From contig CAVPGI010000011.1 in assembly GCA_963704015.1 (NCBI GenBank), forward strand, positions 106,613-170,612: DNA of 64,000 bases, written 5' to 3'. The DNA is from an uncultured Gemmatimonadales bacterium. Its GTDB lineage: Bacteria; Gemmatimonadota; Gemmatimonadetes; Gemmatimonadales; GWC2-71-9. Each line of letters begins with the position of its first letter. Within the stretch, counting starts at the first letter, position 1. The notes below the pieces were generated by a model. The model had not been told where the DNA came from and searched no databases. It saw nothing but the letters and a program-made list of their open reading frames with translations. This document shows positions 30,823 through 40,486 of this stretch, piece after piece. A program made the translations under genes and the position numbers.

Positions 30823-31785
30823 TCATCCTACGCCCATTACTCGGCGTGCGGAGGAGATGAACAACATCGGGCCCTTGGACGTCGCCTCAGGCGCGAGGCC
30901 CTGATACAGGCCCGGAACCAGCCCCGCCTCCTCAAACCAGCCTGTCACCTGCTCCTTCGCAAACCCCTGCCACAGATGCCCCATGGTCTGGCGATACTCA
31001 GACCGTTCGTGCGGCATCATGTCCACCAGCAGGAGCCGACCCCCCGGCCGTAGCACCCGGCCCGCCTCCGCCACCACGGCCGCCGGATCCTCCACGTAGT
31101 GCAGCACCAAAGCGATGATCGCCACGTCGAGGGAGCCATCCTCGATCGGGAGGGCCTCGAGCTCGCCCCGCCGCAGGTCGACCTGGGCCAGGCCATTGAG
31201 CCGGACTCGGGCCGCCTTGAGCATGGCCGGCGACTGGTCGACCGCGATCACCCGCCTCACCAGGGGTGCGAGGGTGGCCGTCAACTGACCGGTCCCACAA
31301 CCCAGGTCTCCCACAGTCCAGGTCGGCTCGACCAGGCCCAACAAGGGCAACAACTCGGTGCGGCCGCCGAACAGCTCCGTCCGAACCCGGTCCCACTGGC
31401 CTGCGGCTGAGGAGAAGAACTCCTGTGATCGCGTGGGCCGGCGGGCCAGCACCGCCCGCAACCGTTCCGTATCCTGGGCCGCCTCGGGCAGCTCGGCGAT
31501 CTGGTCCCGAACCGCTTGCCAGAGGCGCCTGACCGGCGCCGAGAGCGGTGAGGCCATGCGGTAGAAGTTGCTGGCTCCATCGGCCCGGGAGTCCACCCAT
31601 CCCTCGTCACCCAGGACCTTGAGGTGGCGGCTCACGGTTGATTGAGGAAGCTGCAGGGTGGCGCACAGCTCGGACACCGTGAGCTCCCGCCGTTCCAGCG
31701 CCAACAACAGACGGCCGCGGGTGGCGTCCGCCAGGGCGGTCATCCGATCGATGATGCTGGTGCTCAGCGGTCCCTCTCCTATCAT
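30823..31785 (-). CDS. sahR: ArsR-HTH / SAM-methyltransferase fusion regulator (SahR-like); start may be CTG 31767
   Basis: [14 protein letters not shown] plus DLGCGTG SAM motif and LVLHY; directly upstream of ahcY. Confidence 0.85.
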   Translation of the reverse strand: MIGEGPLSTSIIDRMTALADATRGRLLLALERRELTVSELCATLQLPQSTVSRHLKVLGDEGWVDSRADGASNFYRMASPLSAPVRRLWQAVRDQIAELPEAAQDTERLRAVLARRPTRSQEFFSSAAGQWDRVRTELFGGRTELLPLLGLVEPTWTVGDLGCGTGQLTATLAPLVRRVIAVDQSPAMLKAARVRLNGLAQVDLRRGELEALPIEDGSLDVAIIALVLHYVEDPAAVVAEAGRVLRPGGRLLLVDMMPHERSEYRQTMGHLWQGFAKEQVTGWFEEAGLVPGLYQGLAPEATSKGPMLFISSARRVMGVG

Positions 31786-31825
31786 CCGGTCATCCGGATG
31801 ATAACATTATTCTGGCTGGAGTCAA
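31780..31825 (-). promoter_or_regulatory. sahR-ahcY promoter and perfect 24-bp operator
   Basis: TATCATCCGG-tcat-CCGGATGATA (31780-31803); minus-strand TTGACT, 16 nt, TGn-TATCAT overlapping the operator. Confidence 0.8.
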
Positions 31826-31862
31826 GCCTCGCCATTCCCGGGATGCGATAGATTCCGCCCCC

Positions 31863-32858
31863 GTGACCAATCCCCCACGCCCCCACCATGGGCCCGATGG
31901 TCGGTTCCTCAATCCTTGGCCGGGAGGCGAGATCCAGGGCCTCCCGGGCCTGTTCCGATGGGGCCTCCAGCGACTCATCCGGGGGACGGGGCCGGTTCCA
32001 GCCCCGGATCCATCCCTGTTCCGTCGAGTCCAGCCCAGCCTGGGGGACCCCAACGGGTCAGGGCTGGCCGTGACCTGGCTGGGCCATTCGACGGTGCTCA
32101 TCCAGACCGCCGAGGCGACCATCCTGACCGACCCGGTGTGGGCCGATCGTGTTTCGCCCTTCCGGTTCCTGGGACCCAGGCGGTGGGTCCCAGCCCCCTT
32201 GGCGCTCGAGGCCCTGCCGAGACTCGACCTCGTACTCCTCTCCCACAACCATTATGACCATCTCGATGAAGCGACGGTGCGGAGGTTATCGGAGCTTCAG
32301 CCCCAGGTGCCTTGGGTGACGCCGTTGAGACTCTCGGGATCGCTGAGGCGCTGGGGTGTCCGAGAGGCGATCGAGCTGGACTGGTGGGACGTCTATCGAG
32401 CGGGTGCGGTCGAGATCGGTTCCACGCCGGCCATGCATTTCAGCGCCCGTGGTCTGTTAGACCGCAACCGGACGCTCTGGTGTGGTTGGGGAATCCGGCT
32501 GGGCGGGCGGCGGGTCTTCTTCGCTGGCGATACCGGATACCATCCCGAATTCCCGGAGATCCGGAAGCACTTCGGGCCATTCGATCTCGTCTTGCTCCCC
32601 GTGGGCGCGTACGAGCCTCGATGGTTCATGCGACCGGTTCACATGAACCCGGAGGAGGCCGTCCTGGCCTACCGGGAGCTGGTTTCCGGTGCTGGCGGGT
32701 CCCCCGTCATGGTCCCCATTCACTGGGGCACCTACAAACTGACCGATGAACCGATGGACGAGCCTCCCGGGCGGACCCGCCGGGCGTGGCAGGCGTCGGG
32801 GCTTCCGGAAGGAAGTCTCTGGGTCCTGCAGCACGGAGAGACGAGGCAGCTCGGCTGA
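31863..32858 (+). CDS. MBL-fold hydrolase, NAPE-PLD/RomA-like
   Basis: TWLGHS, SHNHYDHLD, FAGDTGY, PVGAYEPRW, HMNPEEA, IHWGT. Confidence 0.92.
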   Translation: MTNPPRPHHGPDGRFLNPWPGGEIQGLPGLFRWGLQRLIRGTGPVPAPDPSLFRRVQPSLGDPNGSGLAVTWLGHSTVLIQTAEATILTDPVWADRVSPFRFLGPRRWVPAPLALEALPRLDLVLLSHNHYDHLDEATVRRLSELQPQVPWVTPLRLSGSLRRWGVREAIELDWWDVYRAGAVEIGSTPAMHFSARGLLDRNRTLWCGWGIRLGGRRVFFAGDTGYHPEFPEIRKHFGPFDLVLLPVGAYEPRWFMRPVHMNPEEAVLAYRELVSGAGGSPVMVPIHWGTYKLTDEPMDEPPGRTRRAWQASGLPEGSLWVLQHGETRQLG

Positions 32859-32863
32859 GGGCT

Positions 32864-34150
32864 CTAGACGCCCCGCTTGATGGCCTCGAGCAGCTTGTCT
32901 CCCAGGAGATCCACTTCGTCGGGGGAGGTGTACACGTTGGGGGTGACCCGGAGCCCGTCGAATTCCGGATGGACGATGGGCGTCGCCACGATGTGGTGCC
33001 GGTCCCAGAGCCACTGCGCGAGGGCGACCGGCTCGATCCCGTCGATATGGATCAGTCCGATCCCTCCCGCGTTGGGGCCGTCCAACTGAGTCAGGATCTT
33101 GACTCGATCGCTTTCCTTCTGGAGTCGCTTGGCCCAGCGGTCTCTAAGGTAGCGCAGCCGGGCGATCTTTCGGTCCCCGCCAATCCCGCGGTGAAACGCG
33201 AGCGCCAGGGCAATGGCGTTGTGATTGGCCGCCGGGTGGGTGCCGATCTCCTCGTATTTCCGCACGTTCTCGACCATTTCGGCGGGCGCGGCCATGAGGG
33301 GCCAGAGGTCGCGCTGCCTTTCCTTCTTCACATAGAGAAATCCGGTCCCCACCGGAGCCAGCAGCCACTTGTGTAGGCTGGTGCCGTAGTAATCGCAGCC
33401 CAGCTCGTCGCGGGTGAAGGGGAAGTGGGCGAAGGCATGGGCGCCGTCCACCAACACCGCGATGCCCAGCGGCCGCGCCAGAGCCGCCAGCTCGCGGACC
33501 GGCATAATCTGCCCGGTGAGGTTGGTGATGTGGGTGACCTCGATGACCCGGGTACGGGGCGTGAGGGCCTGGCGAAACTGCTCGACCAGGTAGTCCTGGG
33601 AAGGGGGAGGCACCTTGAAGGAAACCTGCTTGAGGACGACCCCCTCGCGGTGCACCCGCTGCTGCCAGCTGGTGATCATCCTGGGGTAGTTCTGATTGGT
33701 CAGCACGATCTCGTCGCCCGGGTTGAGATCGAGACCGAAGATCAGGATCTCCATGGCCTCCGAGGCATTTCGGGTGACGGCCATCTCCTCGGGGTCGCAG
33801 CCGAACTCCCTGGCCAGATCTCTGCGGACGCTTTCGATCCTGGGCTCCAGCACCTTCCACATGTGCTCCACGGGCAGCTCGTTGCTGAACCGCAGGTCGC
33901 GGATCATGGCCTCGAGCACATGGCTGGGCGTGGGGCTCACCCCGCCGTTGTTCAGATTGACCAGGGTTCCGTCGAGATCGAAAGCCCGCCGGATCTCGAT
34001 CCAGTAGGCCTCGTCGGAGGCGATGGCACTCGGGGGTTCGCGGCCCGCGACGGCTTCGGCGCGCGCGAGTCGCCGGAACGCATCGGGTCGGAAGCCGGGC
34101 GCAAGCGCCCCGGCGGCCAGCGTGGTGATGAAAGAGCGCCGAGTCGGCAG
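32864..34150 (-). CDS. Tat-exported class V PLP enzyme (isopenicillin-N epimerase/cysteine desulfurase-like); CTG start
   Basis: TRRSFI Tat motif, NLNNGG, RNASE, VDGAH, SLHKW (PLP Lys); GGGGAGG 6 nt before CTG 34150. Confidence 0.85.
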   Translation of the reverse strand: MPTRRSFITTLAAGALAPGFRPDAFRRLARAEAVAGREPPSAIASDEAYWIEIRRAFDLDGTLVNLNNGGVSPTPSHVLEAMIRDLRFSNELPVEHMWKVLEPRIESVRRDLAREFGCDPEEMAVTRNASEAMEILIFGLDLNPGDEIVLTNQNYPRMITSWQQRVHREGVVLKQVSFKVPPPSQDYLVEQFRQALTPRTRVIEVTHITNLTGQIMPVRELAALARPLGIAVLVDGAHAFAHFPFTRDELGCDYYGTSLHKWLLAPVGTGFLYVKKERQRDLWPLMAAPAEMVENVRKYEEIGTHPAANHNAIALALAFHRGIGGDRKIARLRYLRDRWAKRLQKESDRVKILTQLDGPNAGGIGLIHIDGIEPVALAQWLWDRHHIVATPIVHPEFDGLRVTPNVYTSPDEVDLLGDKLLEAIKRGV

Positions 34151-34169
34151 CGCGGGCCTCCCCGGAGGT

Positions 34170-34577
34170 CTAAGGGGTGGAGGTACCCTGAATCTTCTTG
34201 ATCGCCTTCTTAGCCATGAAGGCCACGTCGTCATCCACGTCATCCTCGGCGTCGGTCAACGCGGGAATGGCGTCGGCGGCGGCCGGCCCGATCTCGCCCA
34301 GGGCGTACGCAACGGCATAGCGCACTGTGCGGGCCGGATCCTTGAGCGCTTCGATCAGGGCGGGGACCGCCGCTTTGGCGTGCGGGCCCAGAGAGGAGAT
34401 GGTGTAGGCGGCTCGGTGACGGCTGTAGGGGGCCTCGGCCTTGAGGTCCTCGATCCAGGCGCTGAGGGGGCGCCCCTCCCAGGTGGTGTCGTTGGTCAAT
34501 TGGGGCAGGGCCTGGGCACGGGCCCGAGGGGCCAAGACCAGTGGGGCCAGCAGGCCCAGGATCAGCACTCGCTTCAT
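34170..34577 (-). CDS. small exported HEAT/PBS-repeat protein
   Basis: Signal peptide ending ARAQ; AVPALIEALKD, VRYAVAYALGEIG. Confidence 0.8.
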   Translation of the reverse strand: MKRVLILGLLAPLVLAPRARAQALPQLTNDTTWEGRPLSAWIEDLKAEAPYSRHRAAYTISSLGPHAKAAVPALIEALKDPARTVRYAVAYALGEIGPAAADAIPALTDAEDDVDDDVAFMAKKAIKKIQGTSTP

Positions 34578-34794
34578 GGGTGGTTCAATCTCCCGCCTGA
34601 CCTTGCACTATGGCGATGGCCGCTTCAGGCACGCGACCAGGCCGGAACATCCCCCAGCAGAATACCCTGCTGCGGGCTCCTCCGGCAATCGAGTCTCCCC
34701 GCTTCAATTCCTCGCGACCCGCGGGTAGATTCTCCCCGCTCAAAATGGCCGTCCTCTTGGGCGGCCGCAGCCGAATCACCCAGGGACCGTACTC

Positions 34795-35358
34795 ATGGCC
34801 ATCAACGCCACTGAAATCCGCCGCGGCATGTCGATCCTCTTCGAGGGGGAACCGTGCCGGGTGGTCGACTTTCGCCACCATACGCCCGGGAATCTCCGGG
34901 CCATGGTGCAGGCCAAGCTCAAGAAGCTTCGCACCGGCAACACCTTCGAGCATCGCTTCCGGGCCACCGACTCGGTGGATGTCGCGTCGCTGGAGACCCA
35001 CGAGCTCGAGTTCCTGTACCACGCGGCGGACGACTATCACTTCATGAATACCGAGACGTTCGATCAGCTGGAGCTGGACGCCGAGACGCTGGGGGACGCC
35101 GCCAAATGGATGAGCCCCGGCATGAAGCTCCAGGCCGAGTTCTTCAACGGAAGGCCCATTGGCATCCAGCTGCCCAACGCGCTGGTGCTGGAGATCGTGG
35201 AAACGGCGCCGGTCATGAAGACCGCGACCAAGACGTCCTCCACCAAGCCGGCCAAGCTCGACAACGGGGTCACGGTCAACGTGCCCGAGTTCCTGCAGAC
35301 CGGCGAACGGATCCGGGTCAATCCGGAGAGCGGGGAGTACATCGACCGGGCAAAATAG
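34795..35358 (+). CDS. efp: translation elongation factor P (PGNLR loop variant)
   Basis: EIRRGM, FLY, FMNTETFDQ, KPAKLDNG, VPEF, GEYIDRA. Confidence 0.95.
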   Translation: MAINATEIRRGMSILFEGEPCRVVDFRHHTPGNLRAMVQAKLKKLRTGNTFEHRFRATDSVDVASLETHELEFLYHAADDYHFMNTETFDQLELDAETLGDAAKWMSPGMKLQAEFFNGRPIGIQLPNALVLEIVETAPVMKTATKTSSTKPAKLDNGVTVNVPEFLQTGERIRVNPESGEYIDRAK

Positions 35359-35475
35359 GCGGCCGGACGCCCGTTTGACCCCTCCGATCCCCTTGCCACT
35401 GGGCGGCGATCTGGTAGGTTAAGATCGTCGCCCCTTGCATTTGGTGCGGAGGATCTTGATCGCCCTCGCCGCGGA

Positions 35476-37554
35476 GTGTCGCCCGTCGTGACCCGCCCCT
35501 CGGTCGCCGACGAACGTCGGTTCCTGTCCCGCGAACTCTCCGTTTTTCTCGTCCAGTTTTCCATCGCGCTGCACAAGAATACGACTTACCCTCGCGGGCA
35601 TCCGTTGCTCCAGTCTGCGGTGGAGGCCGTGGTCCTCCGGCTGACGTCGCTCCTGGTCGAGCGCCCGACCCTCTCCATCGGCATCGCCCGCAACCAGCTC
35701 ATCATCGATGGCGTGGCCACCGATCCGGACAATCCGGTCCTTCGGGAGCTGGCGGAGCGGCTCCACCGCCATCAGCTGGGGGCGCTCAAGTTCTCCCAGG
35801 GCGTCGGGGGAGACGAAGTGGTGGACCTCCTCGCCACCATCGGGACCGCGAGCAAACGGGGGGACCAACCGCTGGGCATCCGCCCCAAGGACGAGCTGGA
35901 GCGCTGGGCCCATATCCGGCTGTTTCCCCTGGCATTCGACAATCTGGAGCTGCTCGACAAGGAGGAAGCGGAAGAGGAGAAGGAAACCGGCCGGGCTAAC
36001 CAGCTATGGCTGGGGCTGGCCGCCGCCGCCCTGCTGGACCAACGGGGCGGGGAATTCGCCCCCTCGTTGGACGGGGGCGATTTGGCCCAGGCCATCAACG
36101 AACACCGGCGGGACACCAGCTATGCCAAGGTCATCGTCGACTACCTGATGCAGTTGGGCCGGGAGCTCCGGATGGGGGAAGGGCAGGAGCAACAGGCGCT
36201 GCAGAAGCGGCTGAGCGCATTGCTGACCGGACTCCGGCCGGAGGTGCTCAAGGAGCTCCTGGAAGTCGGCGGTGACCTGGCCAAGCGTCGGGAGCTGGTC
36301 ACGGAAGTGGCCCAGACGATGCCGATGGGGGCGGTGCTGGAGCTGGTGCAGGCGGCGGCGGCGGCGTCGCAGAAGACGATCTCCCACTCCCTGCTCAGGA
36401 TGTTGACCAAGATCGCGGTCCACACCGAGGCCGGCACCCCCATCAGCCGGCAGGACGCGGACTCGGCGCTCCGCGAGACGGTGCGCCGCCTCGCCTCCAA
36501 CTGGACGCTGCAGGACCCTAATCCGGGCGGTTACACCAGTCTGCTTGACCGGTTGTCGTCCGGGAGCGAGGGGGCCGCGGTGGCGGACGCCGAACGGCCG
36601 TCGGAGGCTCCGCGTCTGGTCAAGATGGGCCTCGAGACCGGAGTAACCGGTGAAGCCATCTGGCGATCGGTGGACGAGATGGTGGATACCGGCCGGCTGG
36701 CCGAGCTGCTGGAGATTCTGGACAACGCGGCCGGGCTCGAGGCCACCGTCGAGGAATTTTGGCGCCACCTCTCCACCCCGGACAGTCTGCGTCAGATCCT
36801 CATGGACGAGCAACGGGGCATGGAGGCCGTGGAGCGGATCATCCAGCGCATGGGTCTGGCCGCCGCGGAGCCGATGCTGGACGTCCTCGAGGTCACCGAG
36901 TCGCGCCACATCCGCCGGCGCCTGCTCACCCGGCTGACCCAGCTCGGGAATGACGTCGGCCCGTTGCTGCAGGCGCGCCTACCCGGGGCGCCGTGGTTCG
37001 TGCAGCGTAACCTGCTGGCGCTCATGGCCGCCCTGCCGACCTGGCCCCCGGAGTTTTCCCCGCGGCCCTACGCGGAAAACGAGGATCCGCGGGTCCGGCG
37101 CGAGGCGCTGAAACTGATGCTCAAGGTGCCCGAGACGCGGGAGGAGGCCATCCTCTCCGGTATCGCAGACGACGATGATCAGATCATCAGGCTGGCGCTG
37201 GGTGCCGGCATGGAGCGCTGCCCGTCATCGGCGGCCTCCAGGCTGGTGAGCCTCATCAACAACCGCTCCCGGGATCCCGAGCTCCGGGCCCTCGCCATCC
37301 GAGTGCTGGCCCAGGTGCCGACGGTGGCCACCCGAAACTGGCTGCTGGAGCATGCCATGACCAAACGCCAGTGGTTCCGCCCCCGAAAGCTGCTGCCCAA
37401 GTCACCCGAGCTGCTCGCGATCCTCTCCGTGTTGGCCAGTCGTTGGGCCAACCATCCCGCAGCGGCGGAGGTCATCAAGATCGCGTCGCGGAGCCCCGAT
37501 CCCGATGTCCGAACTGCGGTCACGTCGCCTCCTTCGCCGGCGCCCCCATCATGA
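35476..37554 (+). CDS. HEAT-repeat protein with YPxGHP N-terminal domain
   Basis: TYPRGHP, PWFVQRN, DPRVRREALK repeats; ATGA overlap with HD-GYP gene. Confidence 0.8.
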   Translation: MSPVVTRPSVADERRFLSRELSVFLVQFSIALHKNTTYPRGHPLLQSAVEAVVLRLTSLLVERPTLSIGIARNQLIIDGVATDPDNPVLRELAERLHRHQLGALKFSQGVGGDEVVDLLATIGTASKRGDQPLGIRPKDELERWAHIRLFPLAFDNLELLDKEEAEEEKETGRANQLWLGLAAAALLDQRGGEFAPSLDGGDLAQAINEHRRDTSYAKVIVDYLMQLGRELRMGEGQEQQALQKRLSALLTGLRPEVLKELLEVGGDLAKRRELVTEVAQTMPMGAVLELVQAAAAASQKTISHSLLRMLTKIAVHTEAGTPISRQDADSALRETVRRLASNWTLQDPNPGGYTSLLDRLSSGSEGAAVADAERPSEAPRLVKMGLETGVTGEAIWRSVDEMVDTGRLAELLEILDNAAGLEATVEEFWRHLSTPDSLRQILMDEQRGMEAVERIIQRMGLAAAEPMLDVLEVTESRHIRRRLLTRLTQLGNDVGPLLQARLPGAPWFVQRNLLALMAALPTWPPEFSPRPYAENEDPRVRREALKLMLKVPETREEAILSGIADDDDQIIRLALGAGMERCPSSAASRLVSLINNRSRDPELRALAIRVLAQVPTVATRNWLLEHAMTKRQWFRPRKLLPKSPELLAILSVLASRWANHPAAAEVIKIASRSPDPDVRTAVTSPPSPAPPS

Positions 37555-38747
37555 GCGATCCGCTCCGGTTTCTGACTTCGATGGGGCAGGCGCTTGCGAG
37601 CATGTCCCTCTACTCGAGCGGCCATCCGGCTCGCGAACGCGCCATTGACGCGTCGTTCGAGCAGCTGCTCAACCTGGTCGCCACGGACGCCAACGCCCAG
37701 GTCTCCTTCATCGACGGAGAAGTGGTCTACAAGGGGCAGGTGATTCGGGAGCTCAAGGAGTGGGATTGGAGCACCAAGCTGGCCAAGATCGGGGTGCAGC
37801 GTATCGAGTTCGTTCCCCCGGTGCAGCGGGAGGACTTCGACGGGTTCCTGAGCGACGTGCACGAGCGCCTGAGCCAGGCGTCGATCGACACCGCCGAAGC
37901 GCGACAGATGGGGCGGCCCAGTATCCGGTTCGGGGCCATCGGCGTCCGTGGGGCGGAGACCGAGACCGCGGTCACGATCGCCACCGCCACCATCGCCTAC
38001 AGCCTGCGCGAGGAGGCCGAAGCGATCGCCTGGATCCACGAAGAGGTGGAAGGGGCCGATTCCCTGCCTCTCCTCGAGGCGGAAACGGTGGTGCGGTCCC
38101 TTTCGCTGGCCATGCACAGCGAGAGCCAGATGCTGCTGCCGCTGTTGCAGCTCAAGGAATTCGACCAATACACGACCACCCATTCCAGCAACGTCTCGGT
38201 ACTCGCCATGGCCCTGGCGGAGCAGCTTGGTCTGGGCCCCAAGGAGGTCCGCGAGTTCGGGGTCGCCGGCCTCCTCCATGATCTGGGCAAAGTGCGGATT
38301 CCCAAGGACATCCTCACCAAACCCGGGGCTTTTACCGACTCCGAGCGGGCGCTGATGCGCCGGCACCCGGTGGACGGCGCCAAGATGATTCTGGAGCGCG
38401 AGAAACGACTGGACACCGCAGCGGTCGTGGCCTACGAGCACCATATCATGTTGAACGGCGGGGGCTACCCCACGTTCAAGTTCCCCCGGGATTGTCATTA
38501 CGCGAGCAAGCTGGTCCACGTCTGCGACGTGTACGATGCCCTCTGTACCAACCGCCCCTACCGGGAGGCGTGGCACTCGGAAATGGCGTTGGCCTATCTG
38601 GAAGAAAAGGCGGGACACGAGTTCGACGCAGATATCGTCACGGCCTTCTCCGCAACGGCGCGCAATTCCAGCTTCCAGCGCGTGGTGCTCGAGGAGACCG
38701 GCGTCGATCAATCCCCCCCAACTACGGCTCGACCTGCTTCGCCTTGA
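37551..38747 (+). CDS. HD-GYP cyclic-dinucleotide phosphodiesterase
   Basis: YTTTHS, LLHDLGK, EHHIMLNGGGYP, CDVYDAL..RPYR. Confidence 0.92.
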   Translation: MSDPLRFLTSMGQALASMSLYSSGHPARERAIDASFEQLLNLVATDANAQVSFIDGEVVYKGQVIRELKEWDWSTKLAKIGVQRIEFVPPVQREDFDGFLSDVHERLSQASIDTAEARQMGRPSIRFGAIGVRGAETETAVTIATATIAYSLREEAEAIAWIHEEVEGADSLPLLEAETVVRSLSLAMHSESQMLLPLLQLKEFDQYTTTHSSNVSVLAMALAEQLGLGPKEVREFGVAGLLHDLGKVRIPKDILTKPGAFTDSERALMRRHPVDGAKMILEREKRLDTAAVVAYEHHIMLNGGGYPTFKFPRDCHYASKLVHVCDVYDALCTNRPYREAWHSEMALAYLEEKAGHEFDADIVTAFSATARNSSFQRVVLEETGVDQSPPTTARPASP

Positions 38748-39609
38748 CCAGGGTGGGCGGGCTCCCCATGGCCCACTGGACCAGGAAGCGATCTCCCTCC
38801 GTGAGCGAGAGGTACCCCGAGCCGGACACGGTGCCGTGCGGCATGAGCTGCATGAAGCCGTCGAGCCCGTAGACATCCATGGTCAGCCGATAGCTGTGAA
38901 ATCCGGCGGGCACGCTGGTGACCTCGAGCGCCGTCGGACTGCGCAGGTTGGAGACCTGCCCCACCAGCTTCCCATCGATCCAGACCTTCGCTTCCCGCCC
39001 GATGTCGTCGTCGCCCAGGGGGGCCGTGCTCACCGTGAACCGGACCGGTTCGGCGTAGCCGCTGACCGGGCCGTTCTCGATTCCGGTCTCCCCCGTGGGC
39101 CGTAGCCAGCCGTTCGCCCCTTGGTCGGGCAGGCAGCTCAGGATGCGGGTGGCCCGCTGGGCACCGGTGGGGTGGAAGGCATCGAACCGGAACGGCCCCA
39201 GGCGGGTGAAGAACCGGATCGCCGCCTCCACTGCCTCCCGATCCCGCCCCCCCAGTTGAGCGGCGGCGTAACAGTCCGCCTCCAGCTCCTGGGCCTGCAA
39301 CAGAGAATCGCGGACCCCGTCGCTCATCCCGGCCAGGCCCGCCCGGGTGTGGTGATACTGAAGATGGCCGTATTCGTGAGCGAGGAAGAACGCGGCGAGA
39401 CGCGGCCCGTAGCGATTCAGCAGGCGCGGGTTGTAGTAGATGGTCGGCTCGGCATCATCCACCGCCGCGATGGCCACATCCGGCAGGGTATCGACCGAGA
39501 TCTCCAACACGTTGGGTATCAGGTGCAGGCCCTGAGCGGCCGTGGTCGCGGGAGCGGCGGCGAGGCCCAGCAAGAGTACGGGCAGGCGGGCACGGAGCGG
39601 GACCCCCAT
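38722..39609 (-). CDS. exported HExxH metallopeptidase-like protein (M48-like) with extra beta domain
   Basis: FFLAHEYGH, QELEADCYAA, HPTGAQRA; signal peptide. Confidence 0.75.
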   Translation of the reverse strand: MGVPLRARLPVLLLGLAAAPATTAAQGLHLIPNVLEISVDTLPDVAIAAVDDAEPTIYYNPRLLNRYGPRLAAFFLAHEYGHLQYHHTRAGLAGMSDGVRDSLLQAQELEADCYAAAQLGGRDREAVEAAIRFFTRLGPFRFDAFHPTGAQRATRILSCLPDQGANGWLRPTGETGIENGPVSGYAEPVRFTVSTAPLGDDDIGREAKVWIDGKLVGQVSNLRSPTALEVTSVPAGFHSYRLTMDVYGLDGFMQLMPHGTVSGSGYLSLTEGDRFLVQWAMGSPPTLVKAKQVEP

Positions 39610-39705
39610 ACCCTAATGTAGGACTCTCGGCAGGTGGCGCTATGCCCCGTGGCGAGGCCTGCGACTATCGGGCTGACGGCGATGGTTCGGGGTGCGACGC
39701 GCGAT

Positions 39706-40188
39706 TCAGGGCAGGCAGGCGAGAATGCGGGCCGCGCGCTGGGCGCCGGTCGGATGCTCGTGGTCCATCTGCCGGCTTCCCATGCGGCTGAAGAAGCGAG
39801 CCGCCGCGTTTACGGCCGCCCGGTCGATGGGGGCCAATTCTCTCGCCGCGAAGCAGTCGGCCTCGAGTTCGCGCGACTGGAGTAGGGAGTCCCGTCCGGC
39901 GGGCCGCAATCCGAGGGCGCTCGCCCGGGTATGGTGAAAGGCAAGATGGCCGTATTCGTGGGCAAAGAAGAAGGTGCGCAACTCGGGAGTGAAGTTGCCC
40001 ATCAGATCAGGATTGTAAAAGATGACCGGGCGTTGGGAGTCATAGACCGCCACGGCCACGTCCCGCAGCGTTGGGCTCGCGACGAACGACACCCGACTCA
40101 CCGGTTGGGCGGTGGGCGCTACTTCCCCGGTGCGAAACAGCAGCGAGGCTGTTCCGGCCAATGCTAAGACAACGGTCCTGGTCATCAT
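39706..40188 (-). CDS. exported HExxH metallopeptidase-like protein, paralog of the neighbour
   Basis: FFFAHEYGH, RELEADCFAA, HPTGAQRA; SD GGAGG. Confidence 0.75.
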   Translation of the reverse strand: MMTRTVVLALAGTASLLFRTGEVAPTAQPVSRVSFVASPTLRDVAVAVYDSQRPVIFYNPDLMGNFTPELRTFFFAHEYGHLAFHHTRASALGLRPAGRDSLLQSRELEADCFAARELAPIDRAAVNAAARFFSRMGSRQMDHEHPTGAQRAARILACLP

Positions 40189-40235
40189 CCCGCGGTCCTC
40201 CACGGCTTCCTACCGCCGTATCTCCTGCGCCCAGC

Positions 40236-40270
40236 AAAAACGCCCCCGCGCTGACCGGTCGCGGGGGCGT
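40236..40270 (-). terminator. intrinsic terminator, minus strand
   Basis: ACGCCCCCGCG/CGCGGGGGCGT 11-bp stem with TTTTT on the minus strand; no convincing gene upstream. Confidence 0.8.
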
Positions 40271-40460
40271 ATTCCTGAGGCAGCCTATCCGACTACCTGC
40301 GCTTCCTCCCCGAGCCGGGCCCACCCCCACCCCCCGGCGATGGATCGCACCGCCGGCCGCTCATCCCACGCGCCCTCAATGCGAAACTCCGGCGCAGATG
40401 AACGCTCCTCAGGTTCTGTTTTCCAATCCGCCTAGGCACGGCGGCTGGCCTCTGTGCCCT
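40236..40460 (-). ncRNA. candidate structured sRNA or leader RNA
   Basis: Bounded by a sigma54 box and a terminator; long-range stems CCUGAGG/CCUCAGG and CUGCGC/GCGCAG; CCGGCGGUG/CAUCGCCGG hairpin. Confidence 0.45.
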
Positions 40461-40470
40461 CCGATACATG

Positions 40471-40486
40471 AGCAAGCGTCATGCCG
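40471..40486 (-). promoter_or_regulatory. sigma54 (-24/-12) promoter
   Basis: CGGCATGACGCTTGCT, GG-N10-GC with TTGC. Confidence 0.6.
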
